This document shows, one piece after another, positions 1 to 9,084 of a DNA stretch of 64,000 bases (positions are counted from its first letter, which is position 1; the number at the start of each line of letters is the position of its first letter). The stretch is from Actinomycetes bacterium (GTDB lineage: Bacteria; Actinomycetota; Actinomycetes; Nanopelagicales; Nanopelagicaceae): assembly GCA_037142435.1 (NCBI GenBank), contig JBAXAO010000002.1:730-64729 (forward strand), given 5' to 3'. Below the pieces are notes generated by a model. That model made no database searches and was not told the DNA's origin. It saw nothing but the letters and a program-made list of their open reading frames with translations. Both the position numbers and the translations under genes were made by a program.

Positions 1-513
1 GCAGTATGTGGTTTTATTAAATTTATTGTTCAACTGGCGCAGGCTAAATCTGTTGTAGAGATTGGCACAGGTTCTGGTGTGAGCGGGTTGTGGATTTTTC
101 AAGGTCTTGCCAAAGATGGATTGCTCACCTCTATTGATACTGAGCGTGAAAATAGTGCAAGTGCCCGAAAAGTTTTTGAAGAGTCGGGTCTTTCGGCCCA
201 GCGGTATCGACTAATTACAGGAAACATTATTGATGTTGTAGGAAAGCTGGCAGATCAAAATTACGACGTCATGATTGTTAGACCCGCTCAGGATCTCTTC
301 GACGTCATTCAAGAGGGATACCGCCTTCTCAATTCTCACGGAGTCCTCGTTATTGACTATGCCTTAGGTGGCGGCAAAGTCGCAGACCCAACGCAGCGCG
401 ACTTCGACACCATTTCCAGGAGAGATGCGATTCGAGCAATAAAGGAGGATTCCCGGTGGAATTCGACCTTGCTCCCGCTTGGCGCCGGCGTATTGCTCGC
501 CACCAAGAACTAA
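1..513 (+). CDS. class I SAM-dependent O-methyltransferase, 5' end outside window
   Basis: The frame of tracked ORF 79..513 stays open back to nt 1. Nt 1-78 translate to ...KSVVEIGTGSGVSGLW, the SAM-binding motif I. Its position beside htrA-tatB-mrp resembles Rv1220c (recalled synteny). Confidence 0.75.
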   Translation, partial: AVCGFIKFIVQLAQAKSVVEIGTGSGVSGLWIFQGLAKDGLLTSIDTERENSASARKVFEESGLSAQRYRLITGNIIDVVGKLADQNYDVMIVRPAQDLFDVIQEGYRLLNSHGVLVIDYALGGGKVADPTQRDFDTISRRDAIRAIKEDSRWNSTLLPLGAGVLLATKN

Positions 514-579
514 CCTCCGCCTGGCACTAAGTTTTATTTTGGCTAGTTCTCAACTTTTATTAGGCTTTACTCAGTAAGA

Positions 580-1842
580 ATGGTCTTGGTCAGGGATGTA
601 TGTTTCAAGCTTAATTATTGGGGGACTGAATTGAGCACAGATGAATCAATGGCACCTATAGAGAATTCGGCTTTGCCACCGTCAGATACGCCGTGGTGGA
701 CAACTCCAACTTCTCGCGAAAGTGCGCCGTTTAACTCCTACGAGCCAGCGCACGTTTCAGTGCCCTACGTGGCGCAGCCACCGCGGCGATCAATTGGTCT
801 AGGTCTCGTGGTTCTTATTGCGATTCTTGCCGGAGCGGTTGGTTCAGTTGCTGGACGAGCATTTAATTTTGCAACTGGGTCTACTCACCTCGTTAGCACA
901 CATTCCAATATCGAACGCGCAGCAAATTCCATCGCCGGAATTGCCGCTCGAGTTTCTCCCTCAGTGGTTTCAGTTTCAGTCGAATCTGGTGCGGGTGGTG
1001 ATACCGGATCGGGATTCTTCATCGACTCTAATGGATATATCGTGACCAACAATCACGTGGTCGAAGCGGCTGCCGCGGGGGGCGGAACCATCACTGTTAA
1101 TTTACAGAGTGGCAAAAGTTTTCCCGCAAAAATTGTGGGACGAGATGCTGCATACGATTTAGCTGTGCTTAAAATTGAAGTCGCCGATGCACCGGCACTT
1201 ACTTTAGGAAATAGTGATGATGTAAAGGTCGGAGACGCCGTTATTGCGATTGGATCTCCGCTTGGCCTGGCTGGAACTGTTACCTCTGGCATCATCAGCG
1301 CGAAAGATCGTGCAGTAACTGCTGGCAGCGGTACTGGCGAAAGTTCCTTCATTAATGCTTTGCAAACAGATGCTGCTATTAACCCAGGAAATTCTGGTGG
1401 ACCGTTGGTGGACTCCGCCGGTGCTGTGATTGGCGTTAACTCTGCTATCGCATCGTTAGGTTCAAGTTTTAGCGGTCAATCTGGGTCTATCGGCCTGGGG
1501 TTTGCTATACCTATTAATCAAGCTAAGAAAACCGCCGAACAGTTGATTAAGACTGGCTCCTCAACTCATCCCATCATTGGACTATCGCTCGATAACAGTT
1601 TCACTGGAATCGGAGCAAAGATCGCCACAACTGCCGATGCCATCCTTCCGGGCGGGCCGGCTGACAAGGCGGGCTTGCGTGCTGGCGATGTCATTACTGC
1701 TATCGACGGTCGATCCGTGGCTAGCGCTGACGAGCTTATTGTGGCCGTCCGAACCCACAATGTTGGAGACGGCGTGACGCTGACATACAAACGAGCGGGT
1801 ATTACCAAAGAAGTAACCCTTAAATTGATTGCGAAGAAGTAG
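580..1842 (+). CDS. htrA: HtrA/DegP-family serine protease with PDZ domain, N-terminal membrane anchor
   Basis: Catalytic contexts TNNHVV, DLAVLK and GNSGGPL are present. There is a hydrophobic anchor (IGLGLVVLIAILAGAV) and a C-terminal PDZ (GLRAGDVITAIDG). The true start is probably TTG 631 or ATG 649. Confidence 0.9.
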   Translation: MVLVRDVCFKLNYWGTELSTDESMAPIENSALPPSDTPWWTTPTSRESAPFNSYEPAHVSVPYVAQPPRRSIGLGLVVLIAILAGAVGSVAGRAFNFATGSTHLVSTHSNIERAANSIAGIAARVSPSVVSVSVESGAGGDTGSGFFIDSNGYIVTNNHVVEAAAAGGGTITVNLQSGKSFPAKIVGRDAAYDLAVLKIEVADAPALTLGNSDDVKVGDAVIAIGSPLGLAGTVTSGIISAKDRAVTAGSGTGESSFINALQTDAAINPGNSGGPLVDSAGAVIGVNSAIASLGSSFSGQSGSIGLGFAIPINQAKKTAEQLIKTGSSTHPIIGLSLDNSFTGIGAKIATTADAILPGGPADKAGLRAGDVITAIDGRSVASADELIVAVRTHNVGDGVTLTYKRAGITKEVTLKLIAKK

Positions 1843-1868
1843 TTTTTACTTCCGACTACTCTTAGCCC

Positions 1869-2180
1869 ATGTTCAATATCGGAGCCGGTGAGTTCATCAT
1901 GCTGGCAGTGCTGGCCATGATCTTGGTGGGTCCGGATCGCTTGCCTCAGGTCGCTTCAGAAGCCGCCAAGATGGTGCGCAAGTTACGTTCCATGTCTCAA
2001 GCGGCTACCGCCGAACTTCGTGAGAATCTTGGACCTGGTTATGAGGATCTCCAAGTCACGGACTTGCATCCGAAGAAATTCATCAAGAAGCACATCGGTG
2101 ATGTTCTCGATGGCGCTAATCCCATGGCTGAAATCGAAGAGATTAAAAAGTCAGCAAAAATTGATCCTGACCTCTTATGA
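1869..2180 (+). CDS. tatB: twin-arginine translocase subunit TatB/TatA family
   Basis: The N-terminus MFNIGAGEFIMLAVLAMILVGPDRLP is a Tat TM helix plus hinge, followed by an amphipathic helix. It is 103 aa and follows htrA as in Rv1223-Rv1224. Confidence 0.85.
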   Translation: MFNIGAGEFIMLAVLAMILVGPDRLPQVASEAAKMVRKLRSMSQAATAELRENLGPGYEDLQVTDLHPKKFIKKHIGDVLDGANPMAEIEEIKKSAKIDPDLL

Positions 2181-3307
2181 GCAATGAATCGATCATCGCC
2201 GCGGCGCACGCTGCGTTAGCCACGGTTTCAGATCCCGAACTACATCGACCTTTGCCTGACTTGGGCATGGTTGAATCGGTGGGATTTTCAGCTGGTGTAA
2301 TTTCAGTCAAAATTCTTCTCACCATTTCCGGCTGTCCTATGCGCGAGCGCTTGCAGAGTGATGTGGTTACAGCGCTTTCCAGCGTTGATGGTGTCACTTC
2401 CATCGAGCTCGAATTTGGCACAATGAATGAAGAGCAGAGAAATAACGTCAAGAAATTATTGCGCGGCGGGCGCGAAAAATTTATTCCTTTTGCTCAGCCA
2501 GATTCGCTGACTCGAGTTTTAGGAATTGCATCTGGAAAAGGTGGCGTAGGTAAGTCTTCAGTTACCGTCAATCTCGCTGTGACTGCTGCTGCAAAAGGAT
2601 TGAAAGTCGGCATCTTGGATGCCGATGTCTACGGTCACTCGATTCCACGGTTGATGGGTATTCTCGACCGCAGGCCAACTGCCATCGATCAAACGTTTAT
2701 TCCCGTTGAAAATTTTGGCGTCAAAGTTGTCTCCATGGAAATGTTCAAACCCGAACGCGCAGATCCCATTGTTTATCGTGGTCCATTGCTCCATCGAGTG
2801 CTAGAACAGCTACTCAGTGATGCCTACTGGGGAGATCTGGATTTATTGCTCCTTGATTTGCCGCCAGGGACCGGCGATATCGCCATCTCATTAGGGCAAC
2901 TTATTCCGGGCTCTGAAATCCTGGTCGTCACCACCCCCCAAGTTGCAGCCGCTGAAGTAGCTGAACGAGCTGGACGAGTGGCGCATCAGTTAAAGCAACA
3001 TATTCTCGGAGTAGTCGAAAATATGTCGGATTCTGCCTGTCCCTCTTGCGGCGAGCCGATCTCGATTTTTGGAAGTGGCGGCGGCGAAGCAACTTCCGAG
3101 CGACTTTCAGCACTTGTAGGCGCAGATGTACCGCTCCTAGCCAAGATCCCTTTTGATGTGGCTTTGCGCGAAGGTGGCGATCAAGGGTTGCCTATATCTT
3201 TGGCCGCCCCAGATTCACTAGCGGCGCTGGGCTTTGCACAGCTATTGGAAAAATTGATGATCCGACCAAAATCAATTGTTGGCATTCCGTTAACCCTGCA
3301 CACCTAG
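2177..3307 (+). CDS. mrp: Mrp/ApbC Fe-S cluster carrier ATPase (DUF59 + ParA-like P-loop)
   Basis: It has an N-terminal MIP18/DUF59-like segment, Walker A GKGGVGKSS and a CPSCGEP cysteine motif. Its start overlaps the tatB stop. Confidence 0.9.
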   Translation: MSNESIIAAAHAALATVSDPELHRPLPDLGMVESVGFSAGVISVKILLTISGCPMRERLQSDVVTALSSVDGVTSIELEFGTMNEEQRNNVKKLLRGGREKFIPFAQPDSLTRVLGIASGKGGVGKSSVTVNLAVTAAAKGLKVGILDADVYGHSIPRLMGILDRRPTAIDQTFIPVENFGVKVVSMEMFKPERADPIVYRGPLLHRVLEQLLSDAYWGDLDLLLLDLPPGTGDIAISLGQLIPGSEILVVTTPQVAAAEVAERAGRVAHQLKQHILGVVENMSDSACPSCGEPISIFGSGGGEATSERLSALVGADVPLLAKIPFDVALREGGDQGLPISLAAPDSLAALGFAQLLEKLMIRPKSIVGIPLTLHT

Positions 3308-3316
3308 ACTTAGCGC

Positions 3317-4663
3317 ATGACACGCGCCCAGATCCCAGCAAGCGGGATCAACACGGTTGCGCGCAAGATAGTTGGGCGTCGAGATTCGGTTCTCGCGAGA
3401 AAAAATATTCGAGAATCTTTGGTCTCTGTTGCCGGGCTCATCGGACGTCCAGTCAAGGACCTCGATGGCCGAGATATCGGCAAGTTAGTAGATGTTGTAG
3501 TGCGACATGGCGAAGAAACGTATCCACCCGTCTCCGGGCTCATCGTCAAAGTTGGAAATAGGAAATCTTTTATCAATGGGGCCCGTATTTCCTCATTGAA
3601 TAAGGATGAGATTCGTCTTTCGAGCACCAAAATAAACCTAGAAGACTTCAAACGCCGCGAAGGTGAGTCACTTCTCGATGCCGACGTAATCGATCACCAA
3701 ATCGTTGATGTCGATGGCTTGCGCGTGGTGCGTTCCTCGGATCTCTATTTAGCTCCATTTGATCGCGAGATTCGAGTTGTGGGAGTGGATATCTCCTTCG
3801 TTTCTTTTCTACGTCGCATTTTTCCCGGATCCATCCGCCGCACGCCAACTCCGGAACATGTCGTTGACTGGGCCACTGTTGCATCACTTGCTGACGGATC
3901 TGGCGTTGTTCGCACCTCCGGTTCGCGCGCGGTCCTCAGTCAGTTGCGCCCAGCAGACCTTGCTGACCTCATTGAAGATTTGGCTGGCCGAGAGCAAGGT
4001 GCTCTGATCGAACTTCTTGATCCAGAACTTGCCGCCGATGCCCTGGAGGAAATGGAAGAAGAAGAGCTTCAAGGTTTAATTCGCGGATTAACCTCCGAAC
4101 GTTCGGCAGACTTATTGGCGCGCATGGAACCGGATGAGAGCGCTGAAGTACTTCGCGATCTCGATGAAGAACACCGAGAGAGCATTCTGGGAGTCATGGA
4201 TTCGGCACTCGCTGGCCAACTTCGAAAGTTAGTCTCTTTTGACGAAACCTTAGCTGGTGGAATCATGACGACTCATATTCTCATCGTGCGCGAAAATGAC
4301 ACAGTTGCCTCTGCCCTTAAACTTTTGGTTAGCAATCGCGAGCGCGATATTTCCGATGGCGTCGTCGTCGTTGATTCTCGCGGCAAATTAGTTGACCATA
4401 TTCAAGTCATCGAACTCGTAGCCGCTAAAAGCACCGCGCTGCTATCGACTCTGATCGGTCCGCCATACCCAACTGCGATTCAACTGGATACACCTTTGGA
4501 TGAAGTAGTCGAAGAATTTTCCAATAACCGTGGCTCATCTGTCATTGTGGTCGATGATAAGAACAAACCGGTCGGGCGAATTCTTGCCGATGACCTGGTA
4601 GATGCGCTTGCTTCACTCTCCGAACGTCGAGGTTTCTCCCCAGGTAGCGGTTCGCTCTCATGA
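3317..4663 (+). CDS. soluble PRC-barrel / MgtE N-domain / CBS-pair protein (no membrane domain)
   Basis: It carries acidic helical MgtE_N-type repeats (DLADLIEDLAGRE...LEEMEEEELQGL...MEPDESAEVLRDLDEEHRE) followed by a CBS pair. No hydrophobic segment is present. It resembles Rv1232c downstream of mrp. Confidence 0.8.
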   Translation: MTRAQIPASGINTVARKIVGRRDSVLARKNIRESLVSVAGLIGRPVKDLDGRDIGKLVDVVVRHGEETYPPVSGLIVKVGNRKSFINGARISSLNKDEIRLSSTKINLEDFKRREGESLLDADVIDHQIVDVDGLRVVRSSDLYLAPFDREIRVVGVDISFVSFLRRIFPGSIRRTPTPEHVVDWATVASLADGSGVVRTSGSRAVLSQLRPADLADLIEDLAGREQGALIELLDPELAADALEEMEEEELQGLIRGLTSERSADLLARMEPDESAEVLRDLDEEHRESILGVMDSALAGQLRKLVSFDETLAGGIMTTHILIVRENDTVASALKLLVSNRERDISDGVVVVDSRGKLVDHIQVIELVAAKSTALLSTLIGPPYPTAIQLDTPLDEVVEEFSNNRGSSVIVVDDKNKPVGRILADDLVDALASLSERRGFSPGSGSLS

Positions 4664-5934
4664 GTGATGTAAAGAAGACCGCTACAAAGCGGCCAGGTTC
4701 GCCTGCCATTTCGCCACGAAAGATTCGCATCGCCGCGCTTTTGTCAGTTATGGGACCTGGCGTGATCGCTGGACTATCTGATGATGATCCTGCTGGCATC
4801 ACGACCTATTCGATTCTCGGTGCCAAATATGGCTATCAGATGCTCTGGGTACTTGTGGTGTCGACCATCGCATTGATTCTTTTTCAAGATTTAGGAGCTC
4901 GAATTGGCGTTGTTACTCGCCAAGGTTTGATTGGTTTGGTCCGCCAAAAATATGGCGCTAGATCGGGCGTCCTCAGCGCAGTGGCATTGATTTTGGCCAA
5001 CATCGGCACGATGACTGCCGAATTTGCCGGTATCGCCGCGGCTGGTCAACTCTTTGGGTATTCCCGCTACGTCACAGTTCCTGTGGCCGCACTCCTCGTG
5101 TCCTTCTTGGTACTGCGCGGATCCTTCTCTCGCGTAGAAAAAGTTTTCTTCTTACTTTCAGCAGTATTTCTCTCCTATGTGATCGCTGGATTCCTATCTC
5201 ATCCAGACTGGGGAAAGGCGTTTCACGGCATGGTAGTGCCGTCGATGCCCTTCACTCATGATGCTGTATTTATCGCGACCGCAACGTTAGGTACGACGCT
5301 GGCGCCTTGGGGATTGGCATTTATTCAGTCTTACGCAGTGGATAAGCGCTTGACTCGCGATGATCTGAAGTTGCTTCGGGTAGATGTTTGGACCGGTTCA
5401 ATGCTCACCGGAGTCATCGGATTTTTCGTGATCATCACCTGCGCAGCTACTCTCAACAAACAACACATTTCTATCCAAGATGCATCTGATGCCGCCGCCG
5501 CTCTCAAGCCGCTTGCCGGAACTTTAGCGAAGGATCTTTTTGCGATTGGTTTAATTGGAGCCGCACTTCTGGCTGCATCTATTCTTCCACTGTCCACGGC
5601 TTACTCTGTATCTGACCTCACGGGACGTCCGGCAGCATTAGACGATGGTCCGCGCGAAGCCCCACTTTTCTATGGAACTTTTGCCGCCATCACAGTTTTA
5701 TCTGCGGTCTTAATTCTTATTCCAGGCGCTCCACTCATTACGATCTTAGTTCTTACTCAAATTCTTAATGCCGTACTGCTATTGCCGTTACTGCTTTATA
5801 TGTTTGGCATATCCAGAGATAAGCGCCTCATGGGCGAATATGCATCAACAAAAACGATGCGAGCAATTTATGGCGTGATTATTGCCATCGTCTTTGTCTG
5901 CGTTGCTTGCATGCTTTGGTTCACCGTTCACTAA
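4660..5934 (+). CDS. NRAMP/SLC11-family divalent cation transporter with atypical metal site
   Basis: About 11 TM segments. TM1 reads MGPGVIAGLSDDDPAG and TM6 reads LGTTLAPWGLAF, aligning to the NRAMP DPGN and MPH motifs but with substitutions. ATGA overlap with the upstream gene. Confidence 0.8.
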   Translation: MSDVKKTATKRPGSPAISPRKIRIAALLSVMGPGVIAGLSDDDPAGITTYSILGAKYGYQMLWVLVVSTIALILFQDLGARIGVVTRQGLIGLVRQKYGARSGVLSAVALILANIGTMTAEFAGIAAAGQLFGYSRYVTVPVAALLVSFLVLRGSFSRVEKVFFLLSAVFLSYVIAGFLSHPDWGKAFHGMVVPSMPFTHDAVFIATATLGTTLAPWGLAFIQSYAVDKRLTRDDLKLLRVDVWTGSMLTGVIGFFVIITCAATLNKQHISIQDASDAAAALKPLAGTLAKDLFAIGLIGAALLAASILPLSTAYSVSDLTGRPAALDDGPREAPLFYGTFAAITVLSAVLILIPGAPLITILVLTQILNAVLLLPLLLYMFGISRDKRLMGEYASTKTMRAIYGVIIAIVFVCVACMLWFTVH

Positions 5935-6825
5935 ATGAGTATCGATAACCACAATGCCCTTCCCGAGGGTCGGGATATTGCTTTTCTAGCTCTCGGGGTG
6001 GTCGGAATCGGTACCTCCGGCCCAGTCATTGCCCTCAGCACTATGCCGATTCCAACGCTTATTTTTTGGCGAAATCTTGGTGGTGCGTTAACGATGCTGC
6101 CATTTGCCATGGTTAAGAAGGAATGGAAGAGCGTTGAACAACGCACCGCTATCAGATGGTCGCTCTTGTCCGGATTCTTGCTCGCGTTGCACTTCCTAGG
6201 ATTTTTTGTTGCCATGCGAATGAGTTCGGTTGCTGCCGGAACGGCTTTAACCGCAATGCAACCTATCTTTGCCGCTATCTTTCTGAAAATTCGTGGGCAC
6301 AGAATTCCTCGCCAAGCATGGCTGGGAATGTTGATTGCTTTTCTCTCCGTTCTTTTAATCACCGGTGTTGATCTACATCTATCGGTCCGTGCTTTTGTCG
6401 GAGATCTGGCTGCGCTGGGATGTGCCGCCCTTGCTGCTGGCTATGTCCTGATTGGGTCCAAAGCCCAAAGAACTTTATCGACCAGCACTTACACTGTTTT
6501 TTGTTACAGCACGTGTGCATTAACGGTCTTGCCGGTCTCGCTATTGGTCGGCTATCCGCTCTTTCACTTCACTGCAAAGCAGTGGTGGTTGGTCTTAGCC
6601 CTTATCGCTGGGGCACAATTGTTAGGTCACACGATGTTCAACCTTTCGCTCAAGCGAGTTTCACCTGCCGTTGTCTCGTTGATTACTTTTTTCGAAGTGC
6701 CAGTGAGCGCCATCTTGGCTGCATGGTGGTTGGGGCAACATCCAGCAGCGGGAATCATTCCCGGGATCGTGGGGCTGCTCGTTGGTTGTGCGATTTTTGT
6801 TCTACGCACAAAAGTAGCCGAATAA
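5935..6825 (+). CDS. EamA/DMT-family transporter
   Basis: About 10 TM helices in two repeats typical of EamA. The ATG lies directly after the upstream TAA. Confidence 0.7.
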   Translation: MSIDNHNALPEGRDIAFLALGVVGIGTSGPVIALSTMPIPTLIFWRNLGGALTMLPFAMVKKEWKSVEQRTAIRWSLLSGFLLALHFLGFFVAMRMSSVAAGTALTAMQPIFAAIFLKIRGHRIPRQAWLGMLIAFLSVLLITGVDLHLSVRAFVGDLAALGCAALAAGYVLIGSKAQRTLSTSTYTVFCYSTCALTVLPVSLLVGYPLFHFTAKQWWLVLALIAGAQLLGHTMFNLSLKRVSPAVVSLITFFEVPVSAILAAWWLGQHPAAGIIPGIVGLLVGCAIFVLRTKVAE

Positions 6826-6848
6826 TTGCTTCACGGTAGATTTACACC

Positions 6849-7694
6849 GTGATTGACCTCCATACCCATTCCGCCACTAGCGATGGCACGGATACCCCGG
6901 GCGAACTCATTAATAAGGCTCTAGCTCGTGGCCTTGATGTTGTTGCGCTGACGGACCATGACACGATTGCCGGTTGGGATGAAGCGCTTCGCTATCTGCG
7001 ACCTAACTTAGATTTGGTACTTGGCTCCGAAATTTCATGTCAGACCGAGGATGGCATAAGCGTTCATATGTTGGGGTTACTTTTCGATCCTGATTATTTG
7101 CCGCTTCAGGAAGTTATGGCTCAAACTCGTGATAATCGTCATGGCCGAATGGAGAAAATCATTCGCAGACTTAATGACAATGGCTATCAGATAGAAATGT
7201 CCGATGTTTTAGCGCAATTGTCGGAAGGCGCAACCCTGGGTCGTCCGCATCTTGCTGATGCATTAATTGCCAAAGGGTTGGTAAAGAATCGTGAAGAAGC
7301 ATTCGCTGAACTTCTCCACAACAATTCGCGTTTTTATGTTTCCCACTACTCGCCGACGCCAGAAGAGGTTATCCGGCTGATTAAAAGTGCTGGGGGAGTC
7401 GCCGTAATTGCTCATCCGTTGGCCTCGCTACGTGGCCGGACTATTGAGCCAGCGGTAATCCAATCCCTCGTTGGGGCAGGTTTAGATGGCATCGAAGTGC
7501 ATCACCGCGATCAGAACCTAGAAGAGCGTGAGCTTCTTTCGCACATTGCGCGTGACTTCGACTTGGTGGTCACTGGCTCCAGCGATTACCACGGGACGGG
7601 TAAACTCAATGTTCTAGCCGAGTCCACAACCGACCCACAGCAGTGGGAAGCGCTGGAATCGCGAGCCCGAGAGCGAAGGGTAATTTCCCTATGA
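6849..7694 (+). CDS. PHP-domain metal-dependent phosphoesterase (TrpH/YciV-like)
   Basis: The N-terminus (M)IDLHTHSATSDGT plus ALTDHDT and AHP motifs match the PHP family. GTG start. Confidence 0.85.
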   Translation: MIDLHTHSATSDGTDTPGELINKALARGLDVVALTDHDTIAGWDEALRYLRPNLDLVLGSEISCQTEDGISVHMLGLLFDPDYLPLQEVMAQTRDNRHGRMEKIIRRLNDNGYQIEMSDVLAQLSEGATLGRPHLADALIAKGLVKNREEAFAELLHNNSRFYVSHYSPTPEEVIRLIKSAGGVAVIAHPLASLRGRTIEPAVIQSLVGAGLDGIEVHHRDQNLEERELLSHIARDFDLVVTGSSDYHGTGKLNVLAESTTDPQQWEALESRARERRVISL

Positions 7695-8311
7695 GAAACA
7701 TGGCCGCACTATCTGCCGTAACTTTTGGCATACAAGCATTCGTCACGCTTCTCGTGATTATGGATCCGCCTGGTGCGACTCCAATTTTTCTCTCGTTGGT
7801 ATCCGGTCGCAATCAGCGTCAGCGAGTACGCATGGCATGGCAAGGGGCGGCTGTCTCTCTCTTTGTGATTGTCGTTTTCGCCCTCTTCGGGAAGTTCATC
7901 CTGAGTTATCTTCATATATCGATAAACGCGTTGCAGGGTGCTGGTGGACTCTTGCTCCTTTTGATTTCTCTTGAGCTCTTGACCGGAAAAGACACATCCG
8001 ATGTTGCACACGAGAATGTCAATGTTGCCCTAGTCCCTCTAGGCACACCTCTTCTTGCTGGACCAGGTGCGATCGTTACAACTATTTTGTATGTTCAATA
8101 TGCCCACACCGGAACGCAGAAATTTTCTTTAGCTCTGGCCATCATTGGGGTTCATATAGTTATAGGTCTCACTTTGATGTTCTCTACAAAAATCTTGGGT
8201 CTGATACGAGAATCCGGCGTGACACTTGTGGCGCGCATTGCAGGTCTCCTTTTGGCTGCGATTGCAGTAGAGATGGTCGTGCAGTCAATAAAGGGATTCT
8301 TCAATTTATGA
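7691..8311 (+). CDS. MarC-family (UPF0056) integral membrane protein
   Basis: Six hydrophobic segments, with MDPPGATPIFLSL typical of MarC. ATG 7691 overlaps the PHP stop (ATGA), so it is preferred over the tracked start at 7643. Confidence 0.75.
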   Translation: MRNMAALSAVTFGIQAFVTLLVIMDPPGATPIFLSLVSGRNQRQRVRMAWQGAAVSLFVIVVFALFGKFILSYLHISINALQGAGGLLLLLISLELLTGKDTSDVAHENVNVALVPLGTPLLAGPGAIVTTILYVQYAHTGTQKFSLALAIIGVHIVIGLTLMFSTKILGLIRESGVTLVARIAGLLLAAIAVEMVVQSIKGFFNL

Positions 8312-9084
8312 GTGAAGACTCCCTTTTTTCCGTTGACAGCGTGACCAGACGAATTCACTCTGACTCATCGATGTTCGCCGGCGGAATTCGCGCTTTATTA
8401 CAGCAAGCGCTTCATCCTGAAGCAATGGCGGGTGTTGCCCAAAATTCTAACTTTCGTGAAGATGCTTGGGGACGATTGCAACGAACTGGTGATTACGTTG
8501 GACTTCTAACATTTGGTCCCAAAAACCAAGCGGAGGCCTTGGCGGCTCGAGTTCGCGGTATACATTCCAAACTCGGGCTTGATGATCCGCATCTGCTTTT
8601 ATGGGTCCATATGTCGATGGTGGACTCTTTCTTGGACTGCGCCGTGAGGTCGGGTTTGGAATTGAGCCAATCCGAGCAAGATCAATATCTGGCCGAGATG
8701 GTCATCTTTGCCGAACTCGTTGGTATCGATGCAAACGAAGTTCCTGCTTCCGTTCCTCAGATGAAAAACTACTTCCAAGCGATTCAGCCGGAATTAGCCG
8801 CCAGCGAAGATGCCAAACGAGCCGCACTCTTTTTAACCTTTCCGCCCATGCCTACGGCGGTGAGGTTGGGCACACTTGCTGCCCCGGCGTGGGCAGGTGT
8901 GGCTGCGATAGCCACTGCCTCTCTTCCGAATTGGGCTCGAAATTTGTATCACTTGCCATCTTTTCCTGGCCATGTGCGGGCAACAGACCTGGCGCTGCGC
9001 CAACTTCGTAGTTCTATTCGCCTTATTCCCGAATCTTGGCTGGGCAATCCCAGTTCAAAGTTTGCTCAAGGAGTTTCGGTATGA
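8308..9084 (+). CDS. DUF2236 / MpaB-family oxygenase-like protein
   Basis: Family assignment is recalled from segments such as RALLQQALHPEAMAGV and LLLWVHMSMVDSF. ATGA overlap with the marC-like gene. Confidence 0.55.
   Translation: MSEDSLFSVDSVTRRIHSDSSMFAGGIRALLQQALHPEAMAGVAQNSNFREDAWGRLQRTGDYVGLLTFGPKNQAEALAARVRGIHSKLGLDDPHLLLWVHMSMVDSFLDCAVRSGLELSQSEQDQYLAEMVIFAELVGIDANEVPASVPQMKNYFQAIQPELAASEDAKRAALFLTFPPMPTAVRLGTLAAPAWAGVAAIATASLPNWARNLYHLPSFPGHVRATDLALRQLRSSIRLIPESWLGNPSSKFAQGVSV

Noticed and set aside
514-648. Apparent absence of sigE-rseA between the O-methyltransferase and htrA, where they sit in M. tuberculosis (Rv1221-1222).
   Set aside because: The O-methyltransferase is co-directional here, and sigE/rseA may simply lie upstream outside the window. 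Loss cannot be inferred from this fragment.
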